Shown here piece by piece: positions 21,389 through 33,111 of a stretch of DNA of 63,860 bases (its first letter is position 1; each line of letters begins with the position of its first letter). A program made the translations under genes and the position numbers. Source of the stretch: an uncultured Gammaproteobacteria bacterium (GTDB taxonomy: Bacteria > Pseudomonadota > Gammaproteobacteria > Steroidobacterales > CAZJFQ01); assembly GCA_964545335.1 (NCBI GenBank), contig CAZJFQ010000005.1, positions 1 to 63,860 of the forward strand, given 5' to 3'. A model generated the notes under the pieces. The model searched no databases and had not been told where the DNA came from. It saw only the letters and a program-made list of their open reading frames with translations.

Positions 21389-23766
21389 AGCACCAGCCGG
21401 TGCCGGGTCGCCCCGGGCAGAAACGAACCTCGCCGCCCGCGGGCCCAGTCATCATGACCCGCACGATAAAAAGGCGACAACGGGTGACCGCTCTGCCCGC
21501 CGGGCATGTGGAAATATCCGTCGGATTCCTTACCCGGTGAGACAGCCATGCGTTCGCTGGCGCCAAACCCGCCTTCCTGTACGCGTGGCATGTACCACGC
21601 ACCTGACATTTCCATTGGCGGCATGTCCAGCCAACTCGACAGAAACGGCAGCGCAGCACTCATTGGATGAGAAATCCGGACCCGGTTGATCTCACCCCAG
21701 GTTCTGTTAGCGAGATCGTCGGGGTAGTTGTCGCGATAGTAATCCAGTAACTCATCGATCACCGCGAGGGTGAGGTGACTCCACCGATCAAACGCCGGAT
21801 CGAGAAAATGCAACGGTTCATTTTCCAGAATGCGCAGCACGGCCTCCTCGGAGTTGGGAACACGCGGAAACTCAAATCCCGGATCGGTTTGTCGTGCCAG
21901 CGCGGAAATCGGGTTCAATACCGCTACCCGCATCCGGTTTCTGAAGGCGCGAATCAGGCGAAAACCGACGGCGTCCGGCCGCGCATGGCCGTCCCACGCG
22001 ACCAGGTGCCCACGGAATTCCTGCCGATCGGGGCGATCCATGACCGCAGCGTCGTCGAGGTAGCGCAGTGCAATTACGCGCCAGGGCTCGTAAAACGCCG
22101 CGCGATCATCCAGTTGAATGGTGAGCATGTCATCGATAGAAACACGGTCCCGTCGCGTCAGGCCGTCGCGGATCTGCCGCGCCCGGGACCCCACGACAAA
22201 CCCACCGTCTCCGATTACTGCAACGCCGGGGGTACCGACGACACGGCTATTCGCTGTCCAGAGCAGGCCACCTTCGGGGTTGATAATAGTCGGATAGGCA
22301 TCGCTTTCTACCCAGCCAGTCCAGCCGACACCGGCGTCGGCCCAGCTGGCCGGCAACATCGGATCGTAACCACTGCGTTTCGGGATTTGCCCGATAATCG
22401 TCCAGGCGATGTTGCCGTCGGCATCCGCGACTACGAGGTTCTGAGCCGGAATCCCCGTTTGGTGCGCAATACTCACGGCTTCGGTTACGGTCCGGGCCGT
22501 CTCCATTCGCAACAGACCCAGGTTGCTGGCTTCCGGCTTGAGCGGCAGCCAGCTGATCGCCCGCCGCCGACCATGATGATCCTCGTCCAGTAACGGTCCC
22601 CAGACAGTCGACCGCACCGTCATTTCGATATCGTCACTCCCGCGCACGTGGATTATTTCAACGTGGTCAACGAATTCTCGGAAGCCATCCGCCGTCAGGT
22701 AACGACTTGGATTCCGCGGGTCGGGCTCGACGATAACCAGGTCGGACCAATCGCCGTAACTGTTGGTATAGCCCCAGGCAATGTGTCCGTTACTGCCGGT
22801 AACAATGGGCAGACCACCAGGCAAGGTAGTGCCCGTAATGTCCAGCGGCACATCGGGGCTGTCGCTGATCAGACGCAGCCAGTAAAAGACGTTGGGCACA
22901 TTGAGATCGAGGTGCATATCGTTTGCCACCATCGCATGGCCCGTCGCACTGCGCTCGGCGTGCACGGCCCAATTGTTGCTGCCGGGCGCTGCATCCATCG
23001 CATCAACGGCGTCGGCTGACGCTGCCAATGCAGCATCCGGCACGGCCGCCTGCAAGCCCCTGACATCAAAAACCTCCGGCCCCGGTACAGGACCCCCAAG
23101 CAGAGGCGCGCCCTCAACGGGTGTATCCCACCTTGTCCCCGGTCCCGCGAGGAAGCCAAATACCGGCTCCGGCAGCGTCTCCTGCAACACCGCAAGCCCG
23201 GCCTCCCGGCTGGCTGTCTCATCCTGAAGATCCAAGTACATAGCGAACACGACCAGAATCGAATCTTCTTCGCGCCACCGCTCCGGCTTGTTTCCGAGCA
23301 GGAAATATTCGAACGGAGCAAAACCAAGCTGGTCGAGACCGGCATTGACGCCGGCAACGTAAGCTTCGATAAGCAGCCGGTTCTCAGCCTCGACGAGTGC
23401 GAGAACTTGACCAGCGACGTGACGGAAACGATACAAGCGGACAGAGCGGTCGCGCGAAACGGCAATGGCCCCAAACAGTTCAGAAAGTTCTCCGGCCGCG
23501 CTTCGCCGCAACAGGTCCATCTGGAAAAAACGGTCCTGCGCGTGCAGAAACCCGGTCGCAAACGCCAGGTCGCGGCGCGAACCGGCGGTTGCAGTCGGAA
23601 CACCGCGATCGTCGCGTTCGATCGTAATCGAACCTTGCAGTCCCGCCAGAACTATTGACCCGTCAAGTTGCGGGAGGCTGCCGCGAACTATGATGGTCAC
23701 CGCCAACATCAGCGCAACCAATCCGAAAAAAAGCAGCGACAACACCCATTTTACGATGTGCTTCAT
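21373..23766 (-). CDS. Penicillin acylase family Ntn-hydrolase
   Basis: IERDDRGVP, HAQDRFFQMDLLRR, GSNNWAV (catalytic N-terminal Ser of the beta chain), ANDMHL, PGGQSGHPLSPFY. Confidence 0.93.
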   Translation of the reverse strand: MKHIVKWVLSLLFFGLVALMLAVTIIVRGSLPQLDGSIVLAGLQGSITIERDDRGVPTATAGSRRDLAFATGFLHAQDRFFQMDLLRRSAAGELSELFGAIAVSRDRSVRLYRFRHVAGQVLALVEAENRLLIEAYVAGVNAGLDQLGFAPFEYFLLGNKPERWREEDSILVVFAMYLDLQDETASREAGLAVLQETLPEPVFGFLAGPGTRWDTPVEGAPLLGGPVPGPEVFDVRGLQAAVPDAALAASADAVDAMDAAPGSNNWAVHAERSATGHAMVANDMHLDLNVPNVFYWLRLISDSPDVPLDITGTTLPGGLPIVTGSNGHIAWGYTNSYGDWSDLVIVEPDPRNPSRYLTADGFREFVDHVEIIHVRGSDDIEMTVRSTVWGPLLDEDHHGRRRAISWLPLKPEASNLGLLRMETARTVTEAVSIAHQTGIPAQNLVVADADGNIAWTIIGQIPKRSGYDPMLPASWADAGVGWTGWVESDAYPTIINPEGGLLWTANSRVVGTPGVAVIGDGGFVVGSRARQIRDGLTRRDRVSIDDMLTIQLDDRAAFYEPWRVIALRYLDDAAVMDRPDRQEFRGHLVAWDGHARPDAVGFRLIRAFRNRMRVAVLNPISALARQTDPGFEFPRVPNSEEAVLRILENEPLHFLDPAFDRWSHLTLAVIDELLDYYRDNYPDDLANRTWGEINRVRISHPMSAALPFLSSWLDMPPMEMSGAWYMPRVQEGGFGASERMAVSPGKESDGYFHMPGGQSGHPLSPFYRAGHDDWARGRRGSFLPGATRHRLVLQPDG

Positions 23767-23807
23767 CTGCTCAAACCGGCCCGTATTCGCGGTCGTCGCT
23801 CTGGAAC

Positions 23808-25244
23808 TCAGTTGTTGCCGACGCGCATTATTTTCATCGTATTTGTCGCGCCGGATATTCCGGACAGATCGCCCCGGGTAAACACGACCAGATCACCGTC
23901 ATCGACAATGCCGCGATGGATCAGTTCTTCTGAAACTTTGCTGAACACGTCAGTCGGTTTGACCTTGAGAATATCGAACGGAACCGGATGCACACCGCGG
24001 TACAAGGTTACACGCCGACGTGTTGCTGCGTGTCGGGTCAATGCAAAGATGGGGATATCGGACCGGATACGCGACATCCATTGCGTCGTTGCGCCCGACT
24101 CGGTAAGGGCGATAATTGCCCTCACATTGAGATGATTGGCTGTATACATGACGGCCATGGCAATCGCTTCGTCCGTTCGCTCGAAATAGGAGTTCATCCG
24201 GTGACGTGATGGACTTTGCGGCAGCTGGTGTTTTTCGGCGCCGACGATTATTTCGGACATTGCCTGCACAGCCTTGACAGGATGTTCTCCGACAGCCGAC
24301 TCGGCTGACAGCATCAGGGCATCTGAGCCATCCATAACCGCGTTCGCCACGTCAGAAACTTCGGCACGCGTTGGCACCGGATTGTGAATCATCGATTCCA
24401 TCATCTGCGTCGCGGTGATCACAATACGGTTGCGCGTTCGCGTCAGGCGGATCAATCGTTTCTGCAATCCCGTAAGCTCCGCATATCCCATCTCGACACC
24501 CAGGTCACCGCGGGCAACCATGATTGCTTCGCTGACGTCGACAATTTCCTCGATATGATCTACCGCTTCCACACGTTCAATCTTGGCCACGATATTCGCA
24601 TCACTTCCGGCATGCTCCAGGAGTCGCCGCGCAGTTTCTACGTCCTCGGCACTGCGAACAAACGATACGGCGACATAATCGAGTTTCTGCTTCGCCGCAA
24701 AGGCGATGTCTTTGCGGTCTTTTTCGGTAAGCGCGCCAGCCGAAAGACCCCCCCCTCGCCGGTTGATGCCCTGATGGTTGGAAACCACGCCGCCCGCCTC
24801 GACCTGGCATATGACGCGGTGGTCATCAATTTTCTCAACCTTCAGGATAATATGACCGTCGCCCAGTAGGAGAACATCACCGGGTTTCAAATCCGCAGTG
24901 AGTTCCGGGTGTGACACAGCAATCGAATCGGCGGAGCCAGCCTTTTTATCCCCTCCGGTATCGAGAATGAACTGGGATCCGTCCTGAAGAACCGCCTTGC
25001 CACCGACAAAAGACTCGACGCGAATCTTTGACCCGCCCAGGTCTCCGACCAAACCCACTTCGCGGCCAACTGCGGCAGCAATGCGATGTACCTGTTTGAT
25101 CCTTGCAGCTTGTTTTTCATGCGTACCATGCGAGAAATTCAGTCGAGCGACGTCGACTCCGGCTTCGATCATTCGGGTAAGCACGGCATCATCGTCGGTG
25201 GCCGGTCCCAGTGTCGCTACAATCTTGGTCCGTCTGAGTTTCAT
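23808..25244 (-). CDS. pyk: Pyruvate kinase (type II, PykA-like)
   Basis: RRTKIVATLGPA, MVARGDLGVE, TQMMESM, DVANAV. Confidence 0.97.
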   Translation of the reverse strand: MKLRRTKIVATLGPATDDDAVLTRMIEAGVDVARLNFSHGTHEKQAARIKQVHRIAAAVGREVGLVGDLGGSKIRVESFVGGKAVLQDGSQFILDTGGDKKAGSADSIAVSHPELTADLKPGDVLLLGDGHIILKVEKIDDHRVICQVEAGGVVSNHQGINRRGGGLSAGALTEKDRKDIAFAAKQKLDYVAVSFVRSAEDVETARRLLEHAGSDANIVAKIERVEAVDHIEEIVDVSEAIMVARGDLGVEMGYAELTGLQKRLIRLTRTRNRIVITATQMMESMIHNPVPTRAEVSDVANAVMDGSDALMLSAESAVGEHPVKAVQAMSEIIVGAEKHQLPQSPSRHRMNSYFERTDEAIAMAVMYTANHLNVRAIIALTESGATTQWMSRIRSDIPIFALTRHAATRRRVTLYRGVHPVPFDILKVKPTDVFSKVSEELIHRGIVDDGDLVVFTRGDLSGISGATNTMKIMRVGNN

Positions 25245-25275
25245 GCCCGTATCCCGGACGTTTCGGTGCGACTAT

Positions 25276-26463
25276 TCATTGTCGATTCGCTGCTCGCTGT
25301 TCGAGGACAGTAACGGCCGGCAGGTTTTTGCCCTCGAGGAATTCCAGAAAGGCCCCGCCGCCGGTCGAGATGTAGGAGATACGATCGCGTACTCCGTAAC
25401 GGTCTATCGCTGCCAGAGTATCACCGCCACCGGCAAGGGAAAATGCCGAGCTTTCCGCAATTGCATTCACCAGGGTGCGGGTGCCCTGGCTAAATTGATC
25501 GAATTCAAATACGCCGAGCGGCCCGTTCCACACTATAGTTCCGGCATCGGCCATCACCACCGCGTTAGCCTCGCTGGCATCCGGTCCGATATCCATGATC
25601 ATCTCTGCCTCGCCAATGTCCTCCACCGCCCGTAAATCGGCCTCGGCGGTTGCCGCAAATTCGGTCGCAACCACAACGTCGGGCGGCAACGGTATCTCGG
25701 CCCCACGCTCTGAGGCTCGCTCGAGGAGGTGCCGCGCGGTGTCCACCAGATCCGGTTCATACAAGGAATTCCCGACCTGATGACCCGCCGCCGCGATAAA
25801 GGTGTTGGCAATTCCCCCGCCAACGATAAGACGATCTACTTTTTCAACCAGGGTGGTCAATACTTCAAGTTTGGTCGACACTTTTGCGCCGCCAACGATC
25901 GCCACCAACGGTCGTTTCGGATCATCGAGGGCGCGCGTCAGTGCCATCAGTTCACTGACCAGCAATGGCCCCGCACACGCGACCGCAGCGAATCGTGCTA
26001 CACCATGAGTGCTGGCATGAGTCCGATGCGCCGTACCAAAGGCATCCATTACAAAAATGTCACACAGTGCCGCGATTTTCCTGGACAACATCTCGTCGTT
26101 GGATTTTTCACCGGCATTGAACCGTACGTTCTCACACAAGACCAGGTTACCCGCTTCTACGTTGACACCATCCAGCCAATTGCGCACCAGCGGAACTTTG
26201 TGCCCGAGGAGTTGAGTCAGTCTCTCGGCCACCGGGGCCAGCGAAAATGCGGCGTCTGTTTCACCTTCCGTCGGGCGACCCAGATGCGACAAAAGGATAA
26301 CAGCGGCATTCTTCTCGAGCGCCTGACGAATTGTCGGTAACGCGGCGCGGATACGGGCGTCGCTGGCAACGCTGCCCCCTTCCAGCGGCACATTGAGATC
26401 CTCGCGTATCAGGACCCGCTTTCCTGCGAGGTCCAGTTCGGTCATCACCAGAATATTGAGCAA
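25276..26463 (-). CDS. pgk: Phosphoglycerate kinase; TTG start inferred, track ORF starts at 26505
   Basis: [40 protein letters not shown]. Confidence 0.97.
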   Translation of the reverse strand: MLNILVMTELDLAGKRVLIREDLNVPLEGGSVASDARIRAALPTIRQALEKNAAVILLSHLGRPTEGETDAAFSLAPVAERLTQLLGHKVPLVRNWLDGVNVEAGNLVLCENVRFNAGEKSNDEMLSRKIAALCDIFVMDAFGTAHRTHASTHGVARFAAVACAGPLLVSELMALTRALDDPKRPLVAIVGGAKVSTKLEVLTTLVEKVDRLIVGGGIANTFIAAAGHQVGNSLYEPDLVDTARHLLERASERGAEIPLPPDVVVATEFAATAEADLRAVEDIGEAEMIMDIGPDASEANAVVMADAGTIVWNGPLGVFEFDQFSQGTRTLVNAIAESSAFSLAGGGDTLAAIDRYGVRDRISYISTGGGAFLEFLEGKNLPAVTVLEQRAANRQ

Positions 26464-26525
26464 CGCGCTTCCTGGGTTCGCCGGCACCGGCCGATCCCGG
26501 TGCATGAACTAATCAATCCGGCGGA

Positions 26526-27539
26526 TCAACCTGCGTTTGCCAATGCCAGCGTGGTATCGAGCATGCGGTTTGAAAAACCCCATTCGTTGTCATACCAGGC
26601 GCATACCTTAACGAGCCTGTTGTCTAACTGCCGGGTCAGCGTCGCATCAAAGATCGATGACGCCGGATTGTGATTGAAATCGATAGATACCAGCGGCCCG
26701 TCCATGTATGTAAGCACACCACTCATCGCCCCGCCTGCCGCTTCACGAGCCAGGGAATTGATTTCATCAACGCTGGTGTCACGCGCGGCTGAGAACGTAA
26801 GGTCGACAATGGAGACATTGATCGTTGGTACGCGAATTGCAAAACCATCCAGTTTGCCCGCCAGTTCGGGCAAGACCAGACCAACCGCAACGGCGGCCCC
26901 TGTCTTGGTCGGGATCATCGACATGGTCGCTGACCGGGCACGGCGCAGGTCCTTATGATACACATCGGTCAATACCTGATCGTTGGTATAGGAGTGAATC
27001 GTAGTCATCAGGCCGTGAACGATACCGATGCCCTCGTGCATGACCTTTGCCAACGGCGCCAGACAGTTTGTCGTGCACGAGGCGTTTGAAATCACTGAGT
27101 GTGCGGCCGTCAGGATATTGTGGTTTACACCATAAACTACGGTCGCGTCCACGCCTTCGCCGGCCGGAGCGGAAATGATGACTTTGCCGGCACCGGCCTC
27201 GATGTGTTTTGAGGCTTGCTCCTTCGAACTAAAGAGACCGGTGCATTCCAGCACTATCTCGACGCCCAGTTCCTTCCACGGCAGCCGGGCCGGGTCCCTC
27301 TCGGCAATCACGCGAATGCGATCTCCATCGACGACCAGATAATCGTCATCAACCACGATTTCCCCGGGAAACGGCCCGTGTGCGGTGTCATACCGTGTCA
27401 GGTGGGCGTTGGATTCGGCGTCACCTAAGTCATTGACGGCAACAATCTGTATTTCGTCAGTACGACCCGCCTCGTACAGAGATCGCAAAATATTGCGTCC
27501 GATTCTTCCATACCCGTTTATGGCTACTTTGACTGGCAT
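26526..27539 (-). CDS. gap: Glyceraldehyde-3-phosphate dehydrogenase type I
   Basis: [27 protein letters not shown]. Confidence 0.97.
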   Translation of the reverse strand: MPVKVAINGYGRIGRNILRSLYEAGRTDEIQIVAVNDLGDAESNAHLTRYDTAHGPFPGEIVVDDDYLVVDGDRIRVIAERDPARLPWKELGVEIVLECTGLFSSKEQASKHIEAGAGKVIISAPAGEGVDATVVYGVNHNILTAAHSVISNASCTTNCLAPLAKVMHEGIGIVHGLMTTIHSYTNDQVLTDVYHKDLRRARSATMSMIPTKTGAAVAVGLVLPELAGKLDGFAIRVPTINVSIVDLTFSAARDTSVDEINSLAREAAGGAMSGVLTYMDGPLVSIDFNHNPASSIFDATLTRQLDNRLVKVCAWYDNEWGFSNRMLDTTLALANAG

Positions 27540-27556
27540 ATGCGCTCCTCACGAAC

Positions 27557-29578
27557 TCAAACTGCTTTGAACCTCTTGCGCCCCGACAGCAGGTTGGCTG
27601 TCACCTCGGCGACGTTGTCAGCAGTAAACCCGAATTTTTCAAAAAGCTGACCGGCCGGTGCGGAAGCCCCAAACTGATCGATTCCGACAATCGCGCCGTC
27701 GGGCCCGACATAACGGTGCCAGTACTCAGTAACACCCGCCTCGACAGCAACGCGCCGCGAAATGGACGGCGGTAGTACCGACTCGCGATAGGCGTTGTCC
27801 TGCGCGTCGAACGTATCCGTTGAGGGCATCGAAACCACCCGCACCTGTCTGCCCTCGTTAGCAAGGATATCCGCCGCTGCGCATGCGAGCCCGACCTCGG
27901 AACCTGTCGCGATCAGTATGGCCTCCGGATCGCCATCGCAATCCCTGAGTACATAGGCACCGCGCGCGATTCCCGCAATCTGTTCCGGCGATCGTTCCTG
28001 GTGCACTGTCGTCTGGCGGGTAAGTATCAGGCTGGTCGGTCCGTCGCGGCGTTCCACGGCTTGTTGCCAGGCGACGGCGGTTTCTACGTCGTCGCAGGGC
28101 CGCCACACCGCCATGTTCGGCATCAGCCGCAAACTGGCAACATGCTCAATCGGCTGATGTGTCGGACCGTCTTCGCCAAGCCCGATCGAATCGTGTGTGT
28201 ATACGAGTATCGTCCTCAGTCCCATGAGTGCGCTCATGCGCACGGCATTGCGAGCATAGTCCGAGAAGGTAAGAAATGTTCCGCCGTACGGAATAAAGCC
28301 GCCGTGCAGAGCGAGTCCGCTCAGCATTGCGGTCATCGCAAACTCACGCACGCCAAAGTAGACATAGTTTCCGGACGCGTCCGCAGCCGTAATCGTCTTT
28401 GAGCCGGACCACAGGGTATTGTTGGACCCGGTCAAGTCCGCCGATCCGCCTACGAGTTCCGGCAGCACCGGTCCGTACCCGTTCAGAGCACCCAGCGATG
28501 CTTTGCGTGTCGCCTGATCCGTACCCTCATTTTGAACGGAGGTAATAAACTCCGCCGCGTGATCGGACCATGAGTCAGGAAGCTGACACGCCATGCGCCG
28601 GCTGAACTCAGCCGCAAGCTCCGGATGTGTCGCGGAATAGCGTTCAAACATCGTGCACCAGCTTGCCTCAGCCGCGCGTCCGCGTTTCCGCGCGTTCCAG
28701 GCATCCATCAAATTGCCCGGTATAGAAAACGGCGGATGAACCCAGCCGATTTCCTTCCTCGCAAGCGCAACTTCGTCCTCTCCGAGCGGCGCCCCGTGAG
28801 TCGCCTCAGTACCCTGTTTGTTTGGCGCACCCCAGCCAATTATTGTTCGGCAGCAGATAATCGACGGCTGGTCGGTCGCCACCCGGGCCTCTTCGATTGC
28901 GGCTTTCACGGATTGCCAGTCATGGCCGTCAACATCCCGCACGACATGCCAACCGTAGGCGTCAAACCGTGTAGCCGTGTCATCCGTGAACCAGCCGGCG
29001 ACCGGTCCGTCGATGGAAATTCCGTTGTCATCATAAAAACAGATCAGCTTGCCCAGCCCGAGCGTACCGGCCAGTGAACAGGCTTCGTGCGATATGCCTT
29101 CCATGAGGCAACCGTCGCCCATAAACACATAGGTCCAATGATCGACAATTTCGAAATCGGGGCGGTTGAATTGCGCAGCCAGCATTTTTTCCGCCAGGGC
29201 CATGCCAACTGCATTCGTCAGACCCTGCCCCAATGGTCCTGTTGTCGTTTCGATACCAAGATCCGGCGCGTATTCGGGATGACCTGCGGTCACGTGTCCG
29301 AGCTGGCGGAAGTTTTTGATTTCAGCCATCGACAGCGGGTAGCCGGTCAGATACAACAGCGAATACAAAAGCATTGAACCATGGCCGTTCGACAGGACAA
29401 ATCGATCGCGGTCATACCATCGCGGGTTGGCCGGGTTGTGACGCAAAAAATCGTTCCAGAGGACTTCGGCGATATCCGCCATTCCCATGGGTGCACCGGG
29501 ATGACCCGAATTTGCTTTTTGAACCGCGTCCATCGACAGGGCACGGATGGCGTTTGCGAGATCTCGTCGGGCTGGCAT
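27557..29578 (-). CDS. tkt: Transketolase
   Basis: [33 protein letters not shown]; start at Met11 of the track ORF. Confidence 0.97.
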   Translation of the reverse strand: MPARRDLANAIRALSMDAVQKANSGHPGAPMGMADIAEVLWNDFLRHNPANPRWYDRDRFVLSNGHGSMLLYSLLYLTGYPLSMAEIKNFRQLGHVTAGHPEYAPDLGIETTTGPLGQGLTNAVGMALAEKMLAAQFNRPDFEIVDHWTYVFMGDGCLMEGISHEACSLAGTLGLGKLICFYDDNGISIDGPVAGWFTDDTATRFDAYGWHVVRDVDGHDWQSVKAAIEEARVATDQPSIICCRTIIGWGAPNKQGTEATHGAPLGEDEVALARKEIGWVHPPFSIPGNLMDAWNARKRGRAAEASWCTMFERYSATHPELAAEFSRRMACQLPDSWSDHAAEFITSVQNEGTDQATRKASLGALNGYGPVLPELVGGSADLTGSNNTLWSGSKTITAADASGNYVYFGVREFAMTAMLSGLALHGGFIPYGGTFLTFSDYARNAVRMSALMGLRTILVYTHDSIGLGEDGPTHQPIEHVASLRLMPNMAVWRPCDDVETAVAWQQAVERRDGPTSLILTRQTTVHQERSPEQIAGIARGAYVLRDCDGDPEAILIATGSEVGLACAAADILANEGRQVRVVSMPSTDTFDAQDNAYRESVLPPSISRRVAVEAGVTEYWHRYVGPDGAIVGIDQFGASAPAGQLFEKFGFTADNVAEVTANLLSGRKRFKAV

Positions 29579-29780
29579 GAAAGTCTGTGAAAAGTTGCGG
29601 GCGCGCATTGTCGCTTAACTGCCCGGCCGCGGGCAACTGGACGGGTTGCCGGTGATAGACAGGACACACCGGGGTTTGGCGGCGTTGCTTTTTTGCATGA
29701 AGGGCTTTCGGTGATTTTCTAAAGAGCTTGATTAACGTCGCTGCCAGACCCGACTGCCGGGTAGTGATCGGATTACGCGC

Positions 29781-30332
29781 TCAGCGCCATTTGATGGAGC
29801 ACCCGATGCTGGCGTGCTGAGTTTCCGGGCCGTCACCTGTCCGGGCGATCTGCCGCATCGCGTCAAATAGTTCGCGGGGCGCGCCTTCTGGTGCCGACTC
29901 GCGGCCGCTGCCATCGAGCCGCCCACGGTACCTGAGTCTGAGAGCGGCGTCATAGCCAAAAAAATCAGGCGTGCAAACAGCGCCGTACTCTCTGGCCGCC
30001 GCCTGGAATTCATCGTAGAGGTAAGGAAAGGTGAAACCAAGCTCGCTCGACCATCGTGCCATGTATTCCGGGGCATCCGCCGGAATATGTTCGATGTCGT
30101 TGGGCATGATCGCAGCAACACCGATTCCGAACCGCCGCAACTCGTCTGTGTCCCTGACTATTCGATCAGCCACCGCCTGCACGAACGGGCAGTGATTGCA
30201 GATAAACATGATGAGCGTGGCCTGCGCACCCCGGATCTCATCCAGAGTCCAGACTCGGCCGGCCGGATCGGGCAGCGAGAAATCCGCTGCAATCGCGCCA
30301 TACTGACCCGGCGGTGTTTCGGTAGCTACCAC
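29781..30332 (-). CDS. Thioredoxin-family protein (AhpC/TSA, PRX-like1)
   Basis: [28 protein letters not shown]. Confidence 0.9.
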   Translation of the reverse strand: MVATETPPGQYGAIAADFSLPDPAGRVWTLDEIRGAQATLIMFICNHCPFVQAVADRIVRDTDELRRFGIGVAAIMPNDIEHIPADAPEYMARWSSELGFTFPYLYDEFQAAAREYGAVCTPDFFGYDAALRLRYRGRLDGSGRESAPEGAPRELFDAMRQIARTGDGPETQHASIGCSIKWR

Positions 30333-30491
30333 GGTAATACGTCAAGCTGCATAGCGTCTACATTATGTCGTCAAACATCTCCGACTACGACATCGGCATT
30401 CGATGGGAACTCTCTGTCGACCCAAGTGAAAGGCCAGCACCGACTCGTTATACTAAGCTGTTTTGACGCGAAGAAAGCACCGGAACAAACA

Positions 30492-31655
30492 ATGATGTCC
30501 CAGAATCATGTTTTTACATCAGAGTCGGTATCGGAAGGACACCCTGACAAGATAGCCGACCAGATTTCGGATGCCGTCCTCGATGCCATACTGGAAAAAG
30601 ACACGGGCGCCCGCGTGGCCTGCGAGACTCTAGTCAAGACCGGCATGGTTATAGTCGCTGGAGAAATCACATCGTCGGCCTGGGTAGACATCGAAGAAAT
30701 AACTCGTAAGACCATCCTCGAGATCGGATACGACAGCTCACAACTCGGTTTTGACGGCAACACCTGTGCGGTTATCTCCGCAATTGGGAAACAGTCGCCG
30801 GATATCGCCATGGGTGTTGACCGGGAGGCGGCCCGATCACAGGGTGCGGGCGATCAGGGCATGATGTTCGGCTACGCTACCAATGAAACCAAGGTTTTGA
30901 TGCCGGCACCCATCACCTATGCCCACCGGCTGGTTGCAAGGCAGGCGGAGGTTCGCAAGTCGGGCGAAATCGAATGGCTCGGGCCGGATGCGAAGAGTCA
31001 GATCACGGTTCGCTATGAAAACAACCGGCCGGTTGCCGTTGATGCCGTCGTGTTGTCTACGCAGCACTCTGAAGATGTGGGTCGCAAAGCGCTGGAAGAA
31101 GGTGTCATGGATGCGATCGTCAAGCACGTATTGCCGGCAGAGTGGCTGCATCGGAAAACCCGTTATCACATCAACCCGACCGGCCGGTTCGTCGTCGGCG
31201 GTCCGGCTGGCGATTGCGGTCTGACTGGCCGCAAGATCATTGTCGATACCTACGGCGGCATGGCCCGACATGGCGGCGGCGCTTTCTCCGGCAAGGACCC
31301 GTCAAAAGTCGATCGATCCGCGGCTTACGCATGCCGCTATGTAGCAAAGAATATCGTTGCCGCCGGACTCGCGGACCGATGCGAGGTCCAGGTTTCATAC
31401 GCGATTGGCGTGGCTGAACCCACTTCCGTGCACGTGGAAACATTTGGAACCGGAAAATGCTCGGCAGTACAGCTTGCCCGGCTGGTGCGCCAACAATTTG
31501 ACCTGACACCCTACGGTATCCTGGAAATGCTTGACCTCGTACGACCTATTTACCGCGGAACTGCAGCGTATGGACACTTTGGTCGCGAAGAACCTGAATT
31601 CACCTGGGAACGGACGGACAAGGTTGACGCACTGACAGCCGCCTGTGCCGCCTGA
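30492..31655 (+). CDS. metK: S-adenosylmethionine synthetase
   Basis: [39 protein letters not shown]. Confidence 0.98.
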   Translation: MMSQNHVFTSESVSEGHPDKIADQISDAVLDAILEKDTGARVACETLVKTGMVIVAGEITSSAWVDIEEITRKTILEIGYDSSQLGFDGNTCAVISAIGKQSPDIAMGVDREAARSQGAGDQGMMFGYATNETKVLMPAPITYAHRLVARQAEVRKSGEIEWLGPDAKSQITVRYENNRPVAVDAVVLSTQHSEDVGRKALEEGVMDAIVKHVLPAEWLHRKTRYHINPTGRFVVGGPAGDCGLTGRKIIVDTYGGMARHGGGAFSGKDPSKVDRSAAYACRYVAKNIVAAGLADRCEVQVSYAIGVAEPTSVHVETFGTGKCSAVQLARLVRQQFDLTPYGILEMLDLVRPIYRGTAAYGHFGREEPEFTWERTDKVDALTAACAA

Positions 31656-31699
31656 GGCATGCCGATGGTCTGTGTTGGAATAGATTGTGGAGTAACAAG

Positions 31700-33013
31700 A
31701 TGAGCACCGAAGCCGCGATGGCCGAAATAAGGGACAACAAAGTAGCCGACCTCACAAAGGCGGACTGGGGTCGCAAGGAGATTGCGATCGCTGAAACTGA
31801 GATGCCCGGACTCATGGCGCTTCGTGCCGAGTTCGCGGACAGCAAACCGCTTGCCGGCGCGCGAATTGCCGGCTGCCTGCACATGACTATTCAGACTGCC
31901 GTTCTGATCGAAACTCTGCTTGAGCTCGGTGCGGAAATTCGCTGGAGTTCCTGCAACATATTTTCAACACAGGATCATGCGGCTGCCGCGATCGCTGCCG
32001 CAGGCATACCGGTTTTTGCCTGGAAAGGAGAAACTGAGGACGAGTACTGGTGGTGCATCGATCAAACGATACACGGCCCGGGCGGCTGGAGGCCGAATAT
32101 GCTCCTGGACGACGGCGGTGACCTCACCCTGGCCATGCACGAAAAATACCCGGAGTTGCTCGAGAACGTCCGCGGGATTTCGGAAGAAACGACGACGGGT
32201 GTGCAGCGACTCTATGAGATGGCGCGCAAGGGCACACTCGGCGCTGCAGCAATAAATGTAAACGACTCTGTCACCAAGTCAAAATTCGACAACCTGTATG
32301 GTTGCCGCGAATCGCTTGTCGACGGGATCAAACGTGCAACCGATGTAATGATCGCGGGCAAGATTGCCGTTGTCTGTGGCTACGGTGACGTTGGTAAAGG
32401 TTGCGTCCAGTCATTGAGCGGCCTCGGAGCCACCGTATGGGTGACCGAGATCGACCCGATTTGCGCCCTGCAGGCGGCGATGGAAGGATATCGCGTCGTT
32501 ACAGTCGACGCGGCTTGCGATAAAGCCGATATTTTTGTCACGGCAACCGGCAATTATCACGTCATAACGCTTGAACACATGCAAAAGATGAAAAACCAGG
32601 CCATCGTCTGCAATATCGGGCATTTCGACGATGAAATTGATGTCGCCTCGCTACGCCAGCTCGAGTGGGACACGATCAAGCCACAGGTTGATCATGTCAT
32701 CTTCCCGGATGGCAAGCGCATTATTCTGCTGGCGGAGGGCCGGCTCGTGAATCTGGGGTGTGCAACGGGTCACCCCAGCTTTGTAATGTCAAACTCATTC
32801 TGTAATCAGGTTCTCGCTCAAATCGACCTCTGGCAGCATCCGAAAAAGTACGATCGGCAGGTGTATGTGCTACCCAAACACCTCGATGAGAAAGTCGCAA
32901 GACTGCATCTCGACAAGATTGGTGCGCAACTTACGCTACTATCCGGCAAGCAGGCAGAGTACATCGGCGTCGCGGTCGAAGGTCCGTTTAAGCCGGACTA
33001 CTACCGTTATTGA
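31700..33013 (+). CDS. ahcY: Adenosylhomocysteinase
   Basis: [50 protein letters not shown]. Confidence 0.98.
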   Translation: MSTEAAMAEIRDNKVADLTKADWGRKEIAIAETEMPGLMALRAEFADSKPLAGARIAGCLHMTIQTAVLIETLLELGAEIRWSSCNIFSTQDHAAAAIAAAGIPVFAWKGETEDEYWWCIDQTIHGPGGWRPNMLLDDGGDLTLAMHEKYPELLENVRGISEETTTGVQRLYEMARKGTLGAAAINVNDSVTKSKFDNLYGCRESLVDGIKRATDVMIAGKIAVVCGYGDVGKGCVQSLSGLGATVWVTEIDPICALQAAMEGYRVVTVDAACDKADIFVTATGNYHVITLEHMQKMKNQAIVCNIGHFDDEIDVASLRQLEWDTIKPQVDHVIFPDGKRIILLAEGRLVNLGCATGHPSFVMSNSFCNQVLAQIDLWQHPKKYDRQVYVLPKHLDEKVARLHLDKIGAQLTLLSGKQAEYIGVAVEGPFKPDYYRY

Positions 33014-33028
33014 GGCCACACGCCTCAA

Positions 33029-33056
33029 TCCTGAGTCCTGAGTCCCAAGTCCTGAG
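33029..33056. repeat. Degenerate heptanucleotide tandem array, 4 units of TCCTGAG
   Basis: TCCTGAG TCCTGAG TCCCAAG TCCTGAG, read directly. Confidence 0.9.
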
Positions 33057-33083
33057 CAGGCGGCGCCAATGCGCCGGCTCTGC

Positions 33084-33111
33084 TCTTCACTGTTCACTGT
33101 TCATTGTTAAC
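33084..33111. repeat. Degenerate heptanucleotide tandem array, 4 units of TGTTCAC
   Basis: TCTTCAC TGTTCAC TGTTCAT TGTTAAC, read directly; overlaps the O-methyltransferase stop. Confidence 0.85.

Noticed and set aside
30333-30491. SAM or SAH riboswitch upstream of metK
   Set aside because: No consensus core could be matched by eye.
30087-30491. 135-aa N-terminal extension of MetK in the ORF track (likewise extensions on sspA, murA, mgtE and the O-methyltransferase)
   Set aside because: Artefacts of longest-ORF calling; family-typical starts lie downstream, several with a clear RBS.
33009-33111. CRISPR array interpretation of the repeats
   Set aside because: Units are 7 nt with no spacers, and no cas genes are in the window.
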